DNA of 52,017 nucleotides from Nemertoderma westbladi (lineage: Eukaryota > Animalia > Xenacoelomorpha), in NCBI GenBank assembly GCA_032718475.1, contig JAUCBJ010000952.1, positions 1 through 52,017 on the forward strand. The letters are read 5' to 3'. Of the stretch, positions 26,201 to 37,663 are shown one piece after another. How positions within the stretch are numbered: the stretch's first letter is position 1; the number at the start of each line of letters is the position of its first letter. The translations under genes were made by a program, and so were the position numbers. Below the pieces are notes generated by a model that ran no database searches, was not told the origin of the DNA, and worked only from the letters and a program-made list of their open reading frames with translations.

Positions 26201-26773
26201 CCTTATTACTCCCATCCTGTATAAGTCCTCCCAGGCCGCTTCCGATAAGTTAAACGGGAGTCCGGGTCCGGGGAAGTTCCATTGTGTCTCGACAATAGAC
26301 TTCAGTTCCTCCATTGTGTATCCCGCATAACTGTCCTTGGTCGATCACTTACTTCTCGCCCAATCGATTTGATGTTCTTCCACCGCAATCAATACTCTCG
26401 TGAGTACGGCTCCAGGAAGAATTAGAAGTGGGTCTGGATAAACCACTTCTGTCATCCTTGCTCCAATCTCGGGTGTCAACTCTACAGTGTCTGAACTACT
26501 AGAGTTATCGGGCCGCTGAGAAATAAGTTTCTGGTTCGGGTGCTGCTGCTGTTTAACAGCTGCCTCTTGGTCCCGCTTGACTTGAGCCCTAGTGCCTATG
26601 ATAGACCTATGGTGCTTTACTAGCCTAGGGTCTGATACTACTACTGTAGGGATGACCTTTCTTACAGTAGGAGGGGACTTGGACTTCGGTCTCAGATTTT
26701 CTATACTCCTATCTGAGTCACAGACTGTTCTTTCTAGGAGACTATCTGACAGTGTTTGTTTTGTGTCAGCCAT
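23288..26773 (-). pseudogene. Bel/Pao gag of copy A (many stops and frameshifts)
   Basis: Coiled-coil AEAERK repeats; IIKFNGDEMKWLPF and VWDKLNIRYGN (DUF1759-like); Pao knuckles CALCDGPHRLSGC, CYNCL and CAKCNAKHHILLH. Confidence 0.8.
25365..25600 (-). repeat. Coding minisatellite encoding (AAAEAERK)n in copy A gag
   Basis: Repeated TTTTCTTTCAGCTTCTGCC / GCTGCCACTGCC units. Confidence 0.9.
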
Positions 26774-26906
26774 GTTTGATTTTTCAGTTGAATGCCTACT
26801 ACTATAACGACAGTTAAATAAGTCTAGTAATTCAGTATCCACTGTAAGCAAGTAATCAGTTACCGATACTGTCACTCAGTGTAACGTGATATATATAATA
26901 TATTAG

Positions 26907-27150
26907 AATACTGGTATACACTTATAGTATATATATAAGTATTATTACAGACTAGGATTAGTCACAGAATACTGGTATATAACTTCAGCATAAATTTATA
27001 TAAATATATATAATAAGCCTACCGTAAATACCAGTATACACCTATAGTATATATAAGTATTATTATAGACTAGGATTTTTTACAGAATACCGGTATATAA
27101 TTTCTGCCTAAAGTTATAGAAATAAATATAATAAGCCTATCGTAAATACC
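26907..27150. repeat. Two tandem copies of about 119 bp in the copy A leader
   Basis: AATACYRGTATACACYTATAGTATATA...GACTAGGATT...ACAGAATACYGGTATAT...AATAAGCCTAYCGTAAATACC occurs twice. Confidence 0.8.
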
Positions 27151-27247
27151 GGTAATGTCAATTATTGATAATAACTGCATTTCTGAATTTTAGGGTTACT
27201 TTCCTTTACCTTTTACTGTTATTAAGCAGTAGTCCAACTGATATTAA

Positions 27248-30200
27248 GGGGGGGGGGGGGGGGGGGGTAGCATCGTTTTTGAAAAAAAAATGATTTTCGT
27301 TTTTTTTATTGATTATATTGTCCAAAATTTTATGGGGAACCCGAATCTGCAATCCGTTTTACAAAATTTTGCTTAGTTATTGAGATAGCACTATTTATAT
27401 TACTGGAGTTTGGAAGAAGATCCGCATTTTTTAAACAATTTTCGACTTTACAAAAATTCAATATACAGTATGGAGCTCCTGGGTTGTGCACCGTTAGGTC
27501 CAAGTACTGGTAGGTTCCGTATCTTTGTTTGCTAAATTTGGGTCATTGGCGGATTCACCGCCTGGCCCGATCGATAGACATTGGCATTACAATACTAATG
27601 CCACTGGATCTAAATTTTGACCCGAAGATTCAGATATAGATCCAAAGTTAGCAAATAAAGAAATGGACCTAACTCGACTTTGACCTAACGCTACATACTA
27701 CCGTACCAGCTCTTATTCTTCATGGCGGGAAATTTGAACTACTGTAGTATTCATGGGGTTTGCTATATACAAATTGTATTCAGTTGTTCTACCGGTACCT
27801 AGTGTTGCCACATTTGAGAGCTGCAATGCCGAGATTGAAAGCTTTATCAAGGCTTACTAAGAGCCGACAGGTTGAACTACAGAAGGCGCAGTACCTGTCA
27901 CGCCATCCCGTGGAGTCCGCAAATGTCGAATTAGTGGAAGAAGTAAACAAGACGATAATAACAGCGAGTACTGACAAGTTAGGAGATAATACGAACAACT
28001 GTAATGAATTCTCGAACAGTACAACTGGATACCGTATAATGAGTATGCGGAATATCACAGACCTAGTAGGACGTGCTCATAATAGCGGCGGGTGCCCCGG
28101 AGAGTTGAAGGTCGAACAGTTGGCCCATCTTACACTCGGGATTGACTCTGTTGCTTATTTTCAGTGTTCACATTGTGAGTTTAGCGATATTTTGCAGTGT
28201 GCTGAAGGAAAGTATGGAACAGATGATACTGTTTACACTAAACAGCACTCTGCTGATTTGAATAGCCGAATGGTCTATGGCCTTTGTGAGACTGGAAACG
28301 GCATAGAAACCTTATACACTATCTGTCAGTGCTTGGAAATGCCGTGCACATTAGCAAATTCAATATGGACATTCAACATCAATAAGATCAACGCAGTTGT
28401 GTCTAATCTGGCAGAGGAGAAGATGAGTGAAGCGCGAAAGGCTTTGAAGCTCAAAGTTGGTTCAGATGTAAGTACTGTACTGTATGTAGGATAATAATAT
28501 ATTGTATACCGGTAGATCTATAATTCTCGGTTCAGCCGCCAATGTCTGCCTCTGTCCATTTGTCGGACATGGGGTACCATAGGGTGGTTAAAAATGTGTG
28601 TGTATGTGTGTTTGTCCATCTACACATCAGCGATCTATTTTCCCCCTGTCAGATTGGGCTAAAAATTCAACAGAATACATAATTGAGTACTCTGAGTGGT
28701 ATAGGCTGTGTGGCAAGTCGTCGTTGTCTGTGTGTGTGTTTGTTTGTTTATCTTTGCATACACGCACACTGTCCTAGGCTCTACGCCTACGGGTATTAAT
28801 CAGCTAGTATGAATATATAATGTATGTACCGGTAGTAATATCGTAAGTTATATATAAATAAATACAACATCACATAAATACTCATGTACTGTTCTATATA
28901 CTTCACTAAATACTCCTATTTATATACTGAATAAATACTACACACTACTTTTATCGTACTAAATAATACTTTGAATATTTTTATTGCCGAGCTACCGGTA
29001 TGTGTAGTTGTGAATTGTTGTTACTATTATTGTTATTGTTGAGAATAAATTTCACTTTCACTAATTATATTGTTTTAGGTCACTGTCTCTTTCGATGGCA
29101 CATGGGGTACCCGTGGGCATACCTCAAACAGTGGGGTGGGAGCAGTCATTGGGATGGCAACTGGAAAAATTCTAGACTACGCAATGAGAAATAAAATTTG
29201 CAATGCTTGTGAATTTGCCCCATATCCTAAAGACTCAGAGTCATATATTTCATTTATGGAAAACCATATACCGCAATGTCCAGGCAGATACTCAAGCAGT
29301 AGCGGGTCTATGGAAGCAGACATAGCCATAGAACTATTTCAGAAGTCTGTTGATGGAAAGGACTCTGATAGTCATGGACTCAGTTATACATCTGTAGTCT
29401 GTGATGGAGATTCAACGGCATACAATGCCGTTGCTGATATATACGGATCTTGTAACGATTGCGAAACTTACAGCAAGAAATCAAATAAGGAGAAACTTCT
29501 CTTCAATGAATCTGACACGGGTAAGGCGATCTGGGCGAAGCATGACACTGGGGATGTCCAGTGTAAACGCGTAAACAAGATTGACTGCGTAAACCACGTC
29601 AAGAAGAGACTTGGAAAGGCTCTACGCGATTTGAAGGACTCACACAAGGGCAAACTCGCAGATGGAAAGTTTATTGGTGGTGCGAAGCATAGACTGACTC
29701 TATCAACTATAGAAAGACTGAGCCGTTACTATGGCAACGCCATTAGATCGTCCATCGACAGGTCAGCTAGAACCCAGGTGGAAATTTCGGCGTGTGTCCA
29801 GACAATGAAGAGAAACATTCTAGCATCGTTTAGGCATGGGATACGCCATGGAACTGATGAAGATGTCCATAAATTCTGCCCAGATAATAACTGGTGTTCA
29901 TACAAAAAGGATGGGAAACACATAGACAAAGACTACCACTTGGACCCAATATTCTTATCTCTTTTGTTGCCTGTGTATAGACGGTTATCAGATATTAACC
30001 TGCTCAGGCGGTGTGTTCCCGGATATACGCAGAACGTTAGTGAATCCTTCAATAGCCTCATCTGGGCAAGAGCTCCCAAACATAAGTTTTGGGGTAGACA
30101 GCGCATATCTTTAGCAGTTGCAGCTGGAGTCCTTGCCTTCAATGAGGGTGCTACAGCTAGGAACCTTGTCCTCGGCAAGTTGTCCAAACAGACTATCGAA

Positions 30201-31465
30201 AAAACATCGGCAGCCACGGTGTTGGCTCAGAGGAGTGACAGTAGAAGGATCGCTGGCTCGATTCGAAAGTTGAAACGTGCCAAATACTCCAGGAAAGGTA
30301 GCAAGTCTAAGAAGGCTGGTCTACTAGCCGGTGATGACCAAGCATATATCCCAGGTGGCTTCGGGGATGCTATGTAAGAACACTAGTAGGTTCCTCAAGA
30401 CTATGAAATCGTGTTTGGGTTTATATATTTGGCTTAGGATTAGAGGCCTATACATTATACAGTATTTTTCAGAATGAATAAAACTGTGATTGCCAAATAG
30501 ATGGTTTATTTGCTATTTTGTTTTATACTGTATTCAGCCAAGCTGTGTATCATAATTGATCAAAATATCAGACAGACAGACAGACTGTCTGTCTGTCTGT
30601 AATGACAAAAAGACTAGAGCAGATCCACATAACTAACCCATGGATTTAAAAAACAACCTGCCATGCTTCTCTCCATTACTGAAAATCTATTCATATTTTT
30701 AGCTGAATTCATGCTAAATTGCAATGCTACTGGTCACAGTCAGTGAGACAGACAGATGGACAGACGGACACACGGACATCGGATTGAAAAAATAACCTGG
30801 CCATGTTATTCCCCGGTGTCGAAAACCCCCCTGTGCATATTTTTGTTGGAAATTCTGTTGAAATCATTTCGAAAGAAGTGATTCTTTCGAAAATATATTG
30901 AAAAATCTCTTCATTTGAACTTTGAAGGCATTTATCTCAGAATGGTTTTTTTTCTCTTCAAAACCCTACTAGTCTGTCATTTTTGAAGCTATTGATCTGA
31001 ATTTTGGATATGATGTCAGCAGCGCACTTCTCGACAAAACTTCCAGGTCAGAATTTTCAAATTATTTGAAAACAATCTTGTTTTTCCCAATAAAAGATCG
31101 GTTCAACTGATGTGCAAATTTGTAGCGCCACCTAGTGGCCATTTTTGGAAATTTTCAAAATCAGAGCTGAAAGCTTTCAATTTATACCTTATTGAAAGCA
31201 TTATTACCAAATCTTACATTCCCATGGAAAGTAGATCTAAAGCATTAGGGTTTCAATTAATTTTAATTAAAAATGTAAATAATTCGATTAAAAATTTAAT
31301 CATTTTAATTAAAAATAAATTTTTTTCCAGAAACGTGAAGAGCAACATCTGTAGGAGCCTTGGACCAAATAATGTGGTCTAGAAATCAAAATTGTCCTTG
31401 CTATAAGCAAAACCGTGGAGCAAGTCCAAAAGGATGCTACCCCCCCCCCCCCCCCCCCCCCCCCC
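27248..31465 (+). mobile_element. Autonomous Kolobok-type DNA transposon
   Basis: TTAA (27244-27247), G20-TAGCATC ... GATGCTA-C26, TTAA (31466-31469). Encloses a spliced DDE transposase. Confidence 0.85.
27826..30377 (+). CDS. Kolobok-type ('Mutator-like' domain) DDD/E transposase; exons 27826-28467 and 29079-30377, about 646 aa, intact
   Basis: A phase-0 GTAAGT...TTTTAG intron joins KVGSD to VTVSFDGTWGTRGHTS. Further motifs: TGKILDY..RNKIC..C, SSGSMEAD, VCDGDS, DCVNHVKKRLG, HKFCP..WC, TQNVSESFNSLIW. Confidence 0.88.
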
Positions 31466-31469
31466 TTAA

Positions 31470-33031
31470 CCCTATTAGTACCGGGCTATAAAATGTTGTA
31501 CAAATACCGGGGGGGGGGGGGGGGGTCATATTGACCCCCCCCCTCTAAAATCTACAAATATTTACGAAAACGTCTGATTTTTTGTTTGTACGTAGGTATC
31601 ACTTGTCTGGATTCGACCGAAATAAAAAATTTTCGAAAAAATGTACTGGGGTGGTTATATTGCAGCACCAAAATTACAAGTAGTGCACAATTTTCACCAA
31701 ATTTGAAAGTTAAATTTTCGGCTAATTATTTTTCAATACAGGTTTTCTGGGGTGCAAAATACATTGGAAAATATTAAAAAATTATATGATTACTATAAAT
31801 GGCTGTTTAGTCCTCTCTGCATAGGAAAAAAATGAAAAAAACAAGTAACCAGCACTTTTCAGTTAGAACACAAAATTTTTAATTCACTTATACGATGCTA
31901 TAAATTCACATTTGCAGGTTTTCGAGGGCGCTGATTCTAATGGAATACATTTCTAATGTGCCAGATCATTGCTACTTGTATTTTTCGGCGCAATTTGGCA
32001 AATTTTGGTGCTAGCACCAAATTTCGTACCCATCACCAAAAAGTACAAGTTTGCGATGTCCAGTGCTGTTTTTATTGATTCCATCGGATTCAGGACCCTC
32101 ATAAACCCGTATAACGCAAGAAACAAGGTGATACTATCTACTTATCAATTTGCATATTTTCCAAAATTTGGTGCTGGCACAACAATTTTCACCCACCGGC
32201 GAAAAATACAAGTTTGAGAACTCTTATGAAATTTTTACTGATTCCATTGAATTCAGAACCATCACAAACCCGTATAACGCAAGAAACAAGGTGACACAAT
32301 CAATTGATATATTTGATGGTTTTCAAAATTTGGTGCTAGCACCACATTTTGCACCCACATCCGAAAAATACAAGTTTGAGATGTCTAGTTCGATAATTAT
32401 ATTTTCCATTGAATTCAGAACAGCCTTAAACCTCTAAAACGCAAGAAATAAATTGTCACAAGCAATTTTATCTATTGAATGGATTTTCAAAATTTCGTGC
32501 TAGCACCAAAATTTGCACACAGCACCGAAAAATACAAGTTTGATATGCTTGGTGCAACTCGTATATATTTCATCGAATCCAGAAATCCAAAAAACCCCAA
32601 TTGCGTAAAAAACAAGTTTCAAACGTTCAATTTACAAAATTGACTTATTTCAAAATTTGGTGCTGGCACCAAAATTTGGTACCCGCCGAAAAATACAAGT
32701 TTGAAATTTCTAAATCAATTTATATGAATTCCATCAAATTTCTAACACCAAAAAACCGGTGTAAATCAAAAATAAAGATGTTATAATTCATATTTAATGA
32801 AATGTAATTTTCAAAAAACGTCTCAAAAAAAGTGCCAAAAGTAGGGTTAAAAAATGGTGCTATAACTCGAAAAGTACCCAATATTTTTGAAAACGGTTTT
32901 CACTACTAGGAAGAAAATAGATTTTTAGGAAAAGTCATAAAATTTCAGATTCCCAACTGCGTTTGTTTCAGAATTATAATAAAAAAACCATGGGATGGGT
33001 CATATTGACCCCCCCCCCGGGTTTAATAGGG
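31470..33031. mobile_element. Non-autonomous piggyBac-like element (MITE)
   Basis: TTAA|CCCTATTA ... TAATAGGG|TTAA (33032-33035). Subterminal GGGTCATATTGACCCCC near both ends. No transposase. Confidence 0.8.
31995..32770. repeat. Diverged tandem repeat of about 163 bp (5 units) inside the piggyBac-like MITE
   Basis: Palindromic TTGGTGCTAGCACCAA core near 32005, 32168, 32330, 32494 and 32657, each followed by AAAATACAAGTTTG. Confidence 0.8.
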
Positions 33032-34602
33032 TTAAGACCTAATTGGTGTATAACAGGCATACTATTTTATAAATCGGTTTGAGTTGATTTATAATATATT
33101 ATGTACCCGTACAAGGGTTTTTGACAATATTTGAAATAATTGTTATTATTTTTGGGTAAGGAGTCACTACACAGAAGCTGCACGCTCTCAGTGGAGTGCT
33201 ACTTGTTGGACACTAAAACGAATAATTCTACTTTACTTAGTTACTAAATCACTACAAATTACTTACAATTACAGTGGGAGATTACAATCTCTAAATAAAC
33301 ACTAAAATTTACACATACAATTTTTTAGGGTAATTTTACAAGAAATCTACGAACCAGTCTAACAAGGAGTTAGAATTTATGGTTATTACAAACTGACAGG
33401 AACTACGGTATTTGAAACAATAAAGCAGTAAGTAGTAAGTAAATTGCGTTGTCCAGATAAGAAAATACCACCGTCTGACGACTTATAGCCGTAGTGCTAT
33501 AAGTACTACGTTATGTACCCGGAGTGTCCTTACCTAGAAGTTAATTACCGCAGCCAACCAGAGCTAACGTGCCTATTAACCACTTTACAACACAAATATA
33601 CTGCCTACACACTAAATTACTTTCGGAAAGCACTGTACACTAAACCCTAAATTAGGTACAAGTACTTATACAACAAATAACCAGCAGTTAAATATACTTG
33701 TACAGCCAAAAGAACCACGGTATCTGCTGGAGTGACCGGAGCACAAAATCACCAGTCTTTACCTACGCCAAGCAGCCCTGATGTAGTACCGGAGATAATT
33801 TAACTATAACGGTATGTATAACAAGCACAATTACTGTAGGAATAAACTTGGGGGGTTGTAGGTTGCGAATACTCCCATAAACTCTGAATAATAAATATTA
33901 CGCTACCCGTGCAGACTATACAAACAAAATACAGACCAAATGCTGGCAGACTACTGTCAAGCTACAGTATATGCAGACTCCGAAATGGTTAGTTAGTAGG
34001 CCTTCTAACTGAGTAGTACGACTTATTCTTTCGGGGGGGGGGGGGGGGGGGGGGATTTACCTTACAGCACTGGATGTCTCCACCTTCCTAACTAGTACTT
34101 TATCGGACATACACTCTACACACACTGCAATCGGTTCAGACCTAACAACAGCCAGACAACAATCTAGCCTACAAATTATTTGTACAATTTGAGTGGGCTT
34201 ACACGCCTTCTGCTCAATATCACACTTACAGATAAATAAAACTGACAGAAATAAGTAAAATCCCAATAAAAAACCAGGGCTGCAGTCCCTGATTAAATAT
34301 CAAGACCTACCGGTATATAATTATCAAAATTGAATAATACTGCTGTACCTGTAAGTACCGGTTCAGGTAGTTGGGTAGTTAGGCCTACAGTTCACCGTCC
34401 GACCGGTACATATAACTTTATTGCCTACGGTGCAATAAAGAAACTAAAATCTATTATTGTTCGCGCTTTCAGACCTTTAGCAGTTTAACCTGCCAATTTT
34501 AGTTGTCCTCTTGTTTATAAATCGACTTTAGCCTATAACAATTATTTAGTGCACATGAAGTTACATTAGCCGAAGCCAGTCTATGCGCGATCATTCACCC
34601 AC

Positions 34603-35005
34603 TGTTAAGGGAGACTGGATTCGGGTTCTTTGAAAGTTATTGCGGTGTAGACCTTCTGTATTATTCGATTGATCGTTACTATATAATCTCTGACAAATAT
34701 ATTTACTTTCGGGAAAATATTAACAGTTCCTTTAGGACGTGGCGCTTTAAGTATATAAAACAGAGTTATGACTTATACTAAACACAACGAGATGGCTACT
34801 GAGTTTCGTAAATAGCGCATTTATTAGGAGATGCTTTATTATCTGTCACACTACTTTACACGACTTCACACTACTTCACACTGATCTGCCGACCGTCACT
34901 GAATTTGATCATATATAAGGAGGATAGCAACTGACACATGTAGGGATTATGAAATAGCATTTAATTCACACAAAAACCACTATAATGAAAGTTGCAATTG
35001 CTACA
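34603..35005 (-). repeat. Possible 5' LTR of the family that donated copy A's gag
   Basis: TGTTAAGG...TTGCTACA ends. The minus strand has TATATA (about 34915), Inr-like TCAGT and two AATAAA (about 34820, 34838) in LTR-like order. No partner copy exists in the window to confirm the ends. Confidence 0.35.
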
Positions 35006-35694
35006 GGTAACCAGTCCCTCTTACTTTCAGTAATCAAGAAGATTGGGGGTTTTATGATTATTTCTCGGTATTATCCAAATATATCAGCAATATATCCATA
35101 TAACAACAATTAATAACAGAAGTAAAATAATGCGGTGAACAATCAGTATGTGTTACGTAATGCAAAGACGTAATGCATTGAGTTGTGTTATTCAGTTTGT
35201 TCAGTAATGCGTTGCAGTGGATTGATAATAGATTTACGTTCTTATAATCAAAGCCATCTAATGTTTTGGCCAAAGTCTGAAACTTCCACAGAAGCACAGA
35301 AGAATTCTAAGCCGGTGTTCTGAGGCTTAGAAAGGTAAACAAAAACCGTAATGCATTGCGCGGTTTTACATAGGCCCTTGTCAGAAATAAAGTGAAAATC
35401 GCTCTGATTGGCTGACTAGGCAGAACAAAGAGGTTCCACGTTGACAGTAAATCAGCTGACAGATTTCGTCATCTGAGCTCCAGTCTTTTAGAGTATTATG
35501 CGCATTGCGGCAAAAAATGACTTGTTATGTCCGCTAAAGCACCTACACAGTACACTGCGGGAAAAATGACTTGTTATGTCCGCAAAAGCTTTTACATATA
35601 TTATTAGAACAATAAATCTGGAATAAATTTGTCAACTATAAATAACATTACAAATTACAGTAATACGAGTTTTTCAGACATGCTCCCATGGGCA

Positions 35695-35938
35695 CGACAG
35701 GTGGTCTGTCATGCTTATAATGCCCATTGGTGAGACATCAGCTACAGGGTGTGGGTTCGCAGGGGATTGGCCTCCGCTTTGCAGAAAATTGCTTTCGCCA
35801 TGAGGACCAGCCAGTGCATAATCTTGTGCTTTGGTTGCCTCATGGAGTGAATAAGCATGGTGGACAGCCCATGACTTTCTTGAGACGCATCTTAAAAGAC
35901 ACTGGCCTAGAAGATGCGGATGATCTAGCAAATGTCAT
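35695..35938 (+). pseudogene. C-terminal remnant of an RTE-type LINE ORF, interrupted by copy B
   Basis: LRFAENCFRHEDQPVHNLVLWLPHG...GGQPMTFLRRILKDTGL matches the RTE C-terminal pattern. It ends at the copy B LTR. Confidence 0.75.
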
Positions 35939-37148
35939 TATTGGAAGAGACAGCAACGTACCCTGCAATATCCTACTGTAAAGTCTGAGAATCAAACGTA
36001 ATCCAACCTTCTCACCAAAACAGTAAACTCTAAGTAAGCGAATATATTGCAGTATCGGTCTCTTATAACCGGTGAGGCAGAAAACAGTCTACGAATGGAC
36101 AAACTTCGATAAAACAAAATCCTGCGCAGCGAACCTAAATCAGGCTGACTCACTGACGGACTAAGGGCGCTCGTATACTTTGCCGCGGTGTGATTTATAT
36201 GCGGTGAGAGATAGAGAGACGCTAACTACAAATAACTAGCGGGCAAAGCGCAGTATGGACAAAATTATTTTATATATTTTGTATATTTCGAGGTATAAAT
36301 AATTTCTAACGCGTGTGTGTCTTGATTCTAACGATCAAAATCAGTTTTAATCCTTCACATATATAATTACTGGGTCCGGTGTACATTTTATTCTAATTTT
36401 GTAACTTGTAGGTCCAATACTCACGAATGATAAGGCTCCTTCCCCTTTTGTGTATTTCCAGGACTCAAATTCAGGGATAGGGTTAATACTACGCCCAGAA
36501 TTCGGCAATTTAATTTACCAGGTCCCTAGTACTAAGAAGAAATGTGTTAGTTTACTACAGTAGGCGTACAGTTACGAATAGCTGGCCTGGCGTCCTATCT
36601 AGAATTTTGGTTGCCTAGGTGGGCACGGCAACTTCCTATCAGGATGTCGGCGGGGACACGGTAGATGTTAGTATCCCTAATAGCCTTAATTTATTTGCGC
36701 CTAGCAATAAACTGCCCTACCGCCTGAACGGCACAATCTCAATTCAGGTAAAACACAGTAACCCTTCTGGCCTACAAGTTCTAACGCAAATGGACACCGT
36801 TGTACTACAAACAGCCACCGACGCACCTATACCTAGCAAGAGTTAGGCGTACAGCTTGCTGCACCCTACCAATGTGTATGCCTTGTACTGGTGTGCCTGC
36901 GTCCTATCTGTGTACTAGTATCTCTCTGCCTGCTCTCTCCTCCCCATAGGAATGTGATGGTGTACTGCGGGTTTTCTCTGAATTAAGACAGTACAGTCCC
37001 TAGATGTAATTTTTGGCATACAGCGTGTCACTACCTCTACCTTCGATCTTTGGTCTCACACTTGGGTAGCAAGGCATCGAACGCTGTCTAACCTTTCAGG
37101 CGATGGGCGAATAACTAAGAATGATATTGTGGGTTGTCTCCTCTTACA
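35939..37148 (-). repeat. 3' LTR of copy B (minimal extent; may extend to about 38563)
   Basis: The left end is fixed by identity with 51992-52017. Candidate inner end TCTTACA|TTCCCCCG is minus-strand CGGGGGAA|TGT, a typical Bel/Pao PPT junction. Confidence 0.7.
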
Positions 37149-37579
37149 TTCCCCCGATGTTCTCGTCTACCGCTGCGGTCCGCTCTCTAGCCAGCCATCT
37201 GTCCCTCAGTTGGGTTCACCGTAGTGAAGCATAGTAAAAAGGGCAGATATAACAAGTATTTCTTAACTTTATTACAAAATAACTAATATACAATAAATGT
37301 AACAAGAATATGCTAATCTAGAGTGTTGTGTAGTTAGATTGAGGTATCTAGTACTATAATTAATGAACGAAATCGCACCTTTTATAGCAAATTTGTGCTG
37401 CAAACAATCGAGAACATTCCATGAATTATATTGGATTTTAAAGATAACTATTGGTCCAGCAAACACATATCTTACACAACATTGGTTACTATCAAATAAC
37501 TGCAATTACATTGGTTAATCTACCTAAGTGCATGCAATTAAACTGTAGCGGTCAATTTAAATTAGTTGAAATTCAGCAC

Positions 37580-37663
37580 AAAAAACAATTTGCACCTGCT
37601 AGGATTTGAACTCTATACCTACTAGACAAATTTCCAGCGCATAAACGACTGAGCTACTGAACC
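37580..37663 (-). ncRNA. tRNA-like Pol III cassette in copy B
   Basis: Minus strand GGTTCAGTAGCTCAGTCG...CTGGA-AATTTG-TCTAG stem...GAGTTCAAATCC...TTTTTT; orthologous to 15273-15356. Confidence 0.55.

Larger units (their letters stand above)
13598..35005 (-). mobile_element. Bel/Pao LTR retrotransposon copy A (chimeric, RT/RH/IN core deleted, nested insertions); right boundary uncertain
   Basis: 13598-22211 is colinear with copy B 35939-43341. 22212-26773 is a gag-protease region with no visible nucleotide similarity to copy B gag. Confidence 0.75.

Noticed and set aside
27248-31465. Assignment to piggyBac or MULE
   Set aside because: Termini are GG...CC rather than CCC...GGG, and the TSD is TTAA rather than 9 bp. 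The transposase motifs do not resemble piggyBac.
35040-35690. Another small DNA element between the putative LTR and the LINE remnant
   Set aside because: Only a 22-bp duplication (AAAAATGACTTGTTATGTCCGC) is visible; no ends or TSD could be defined.
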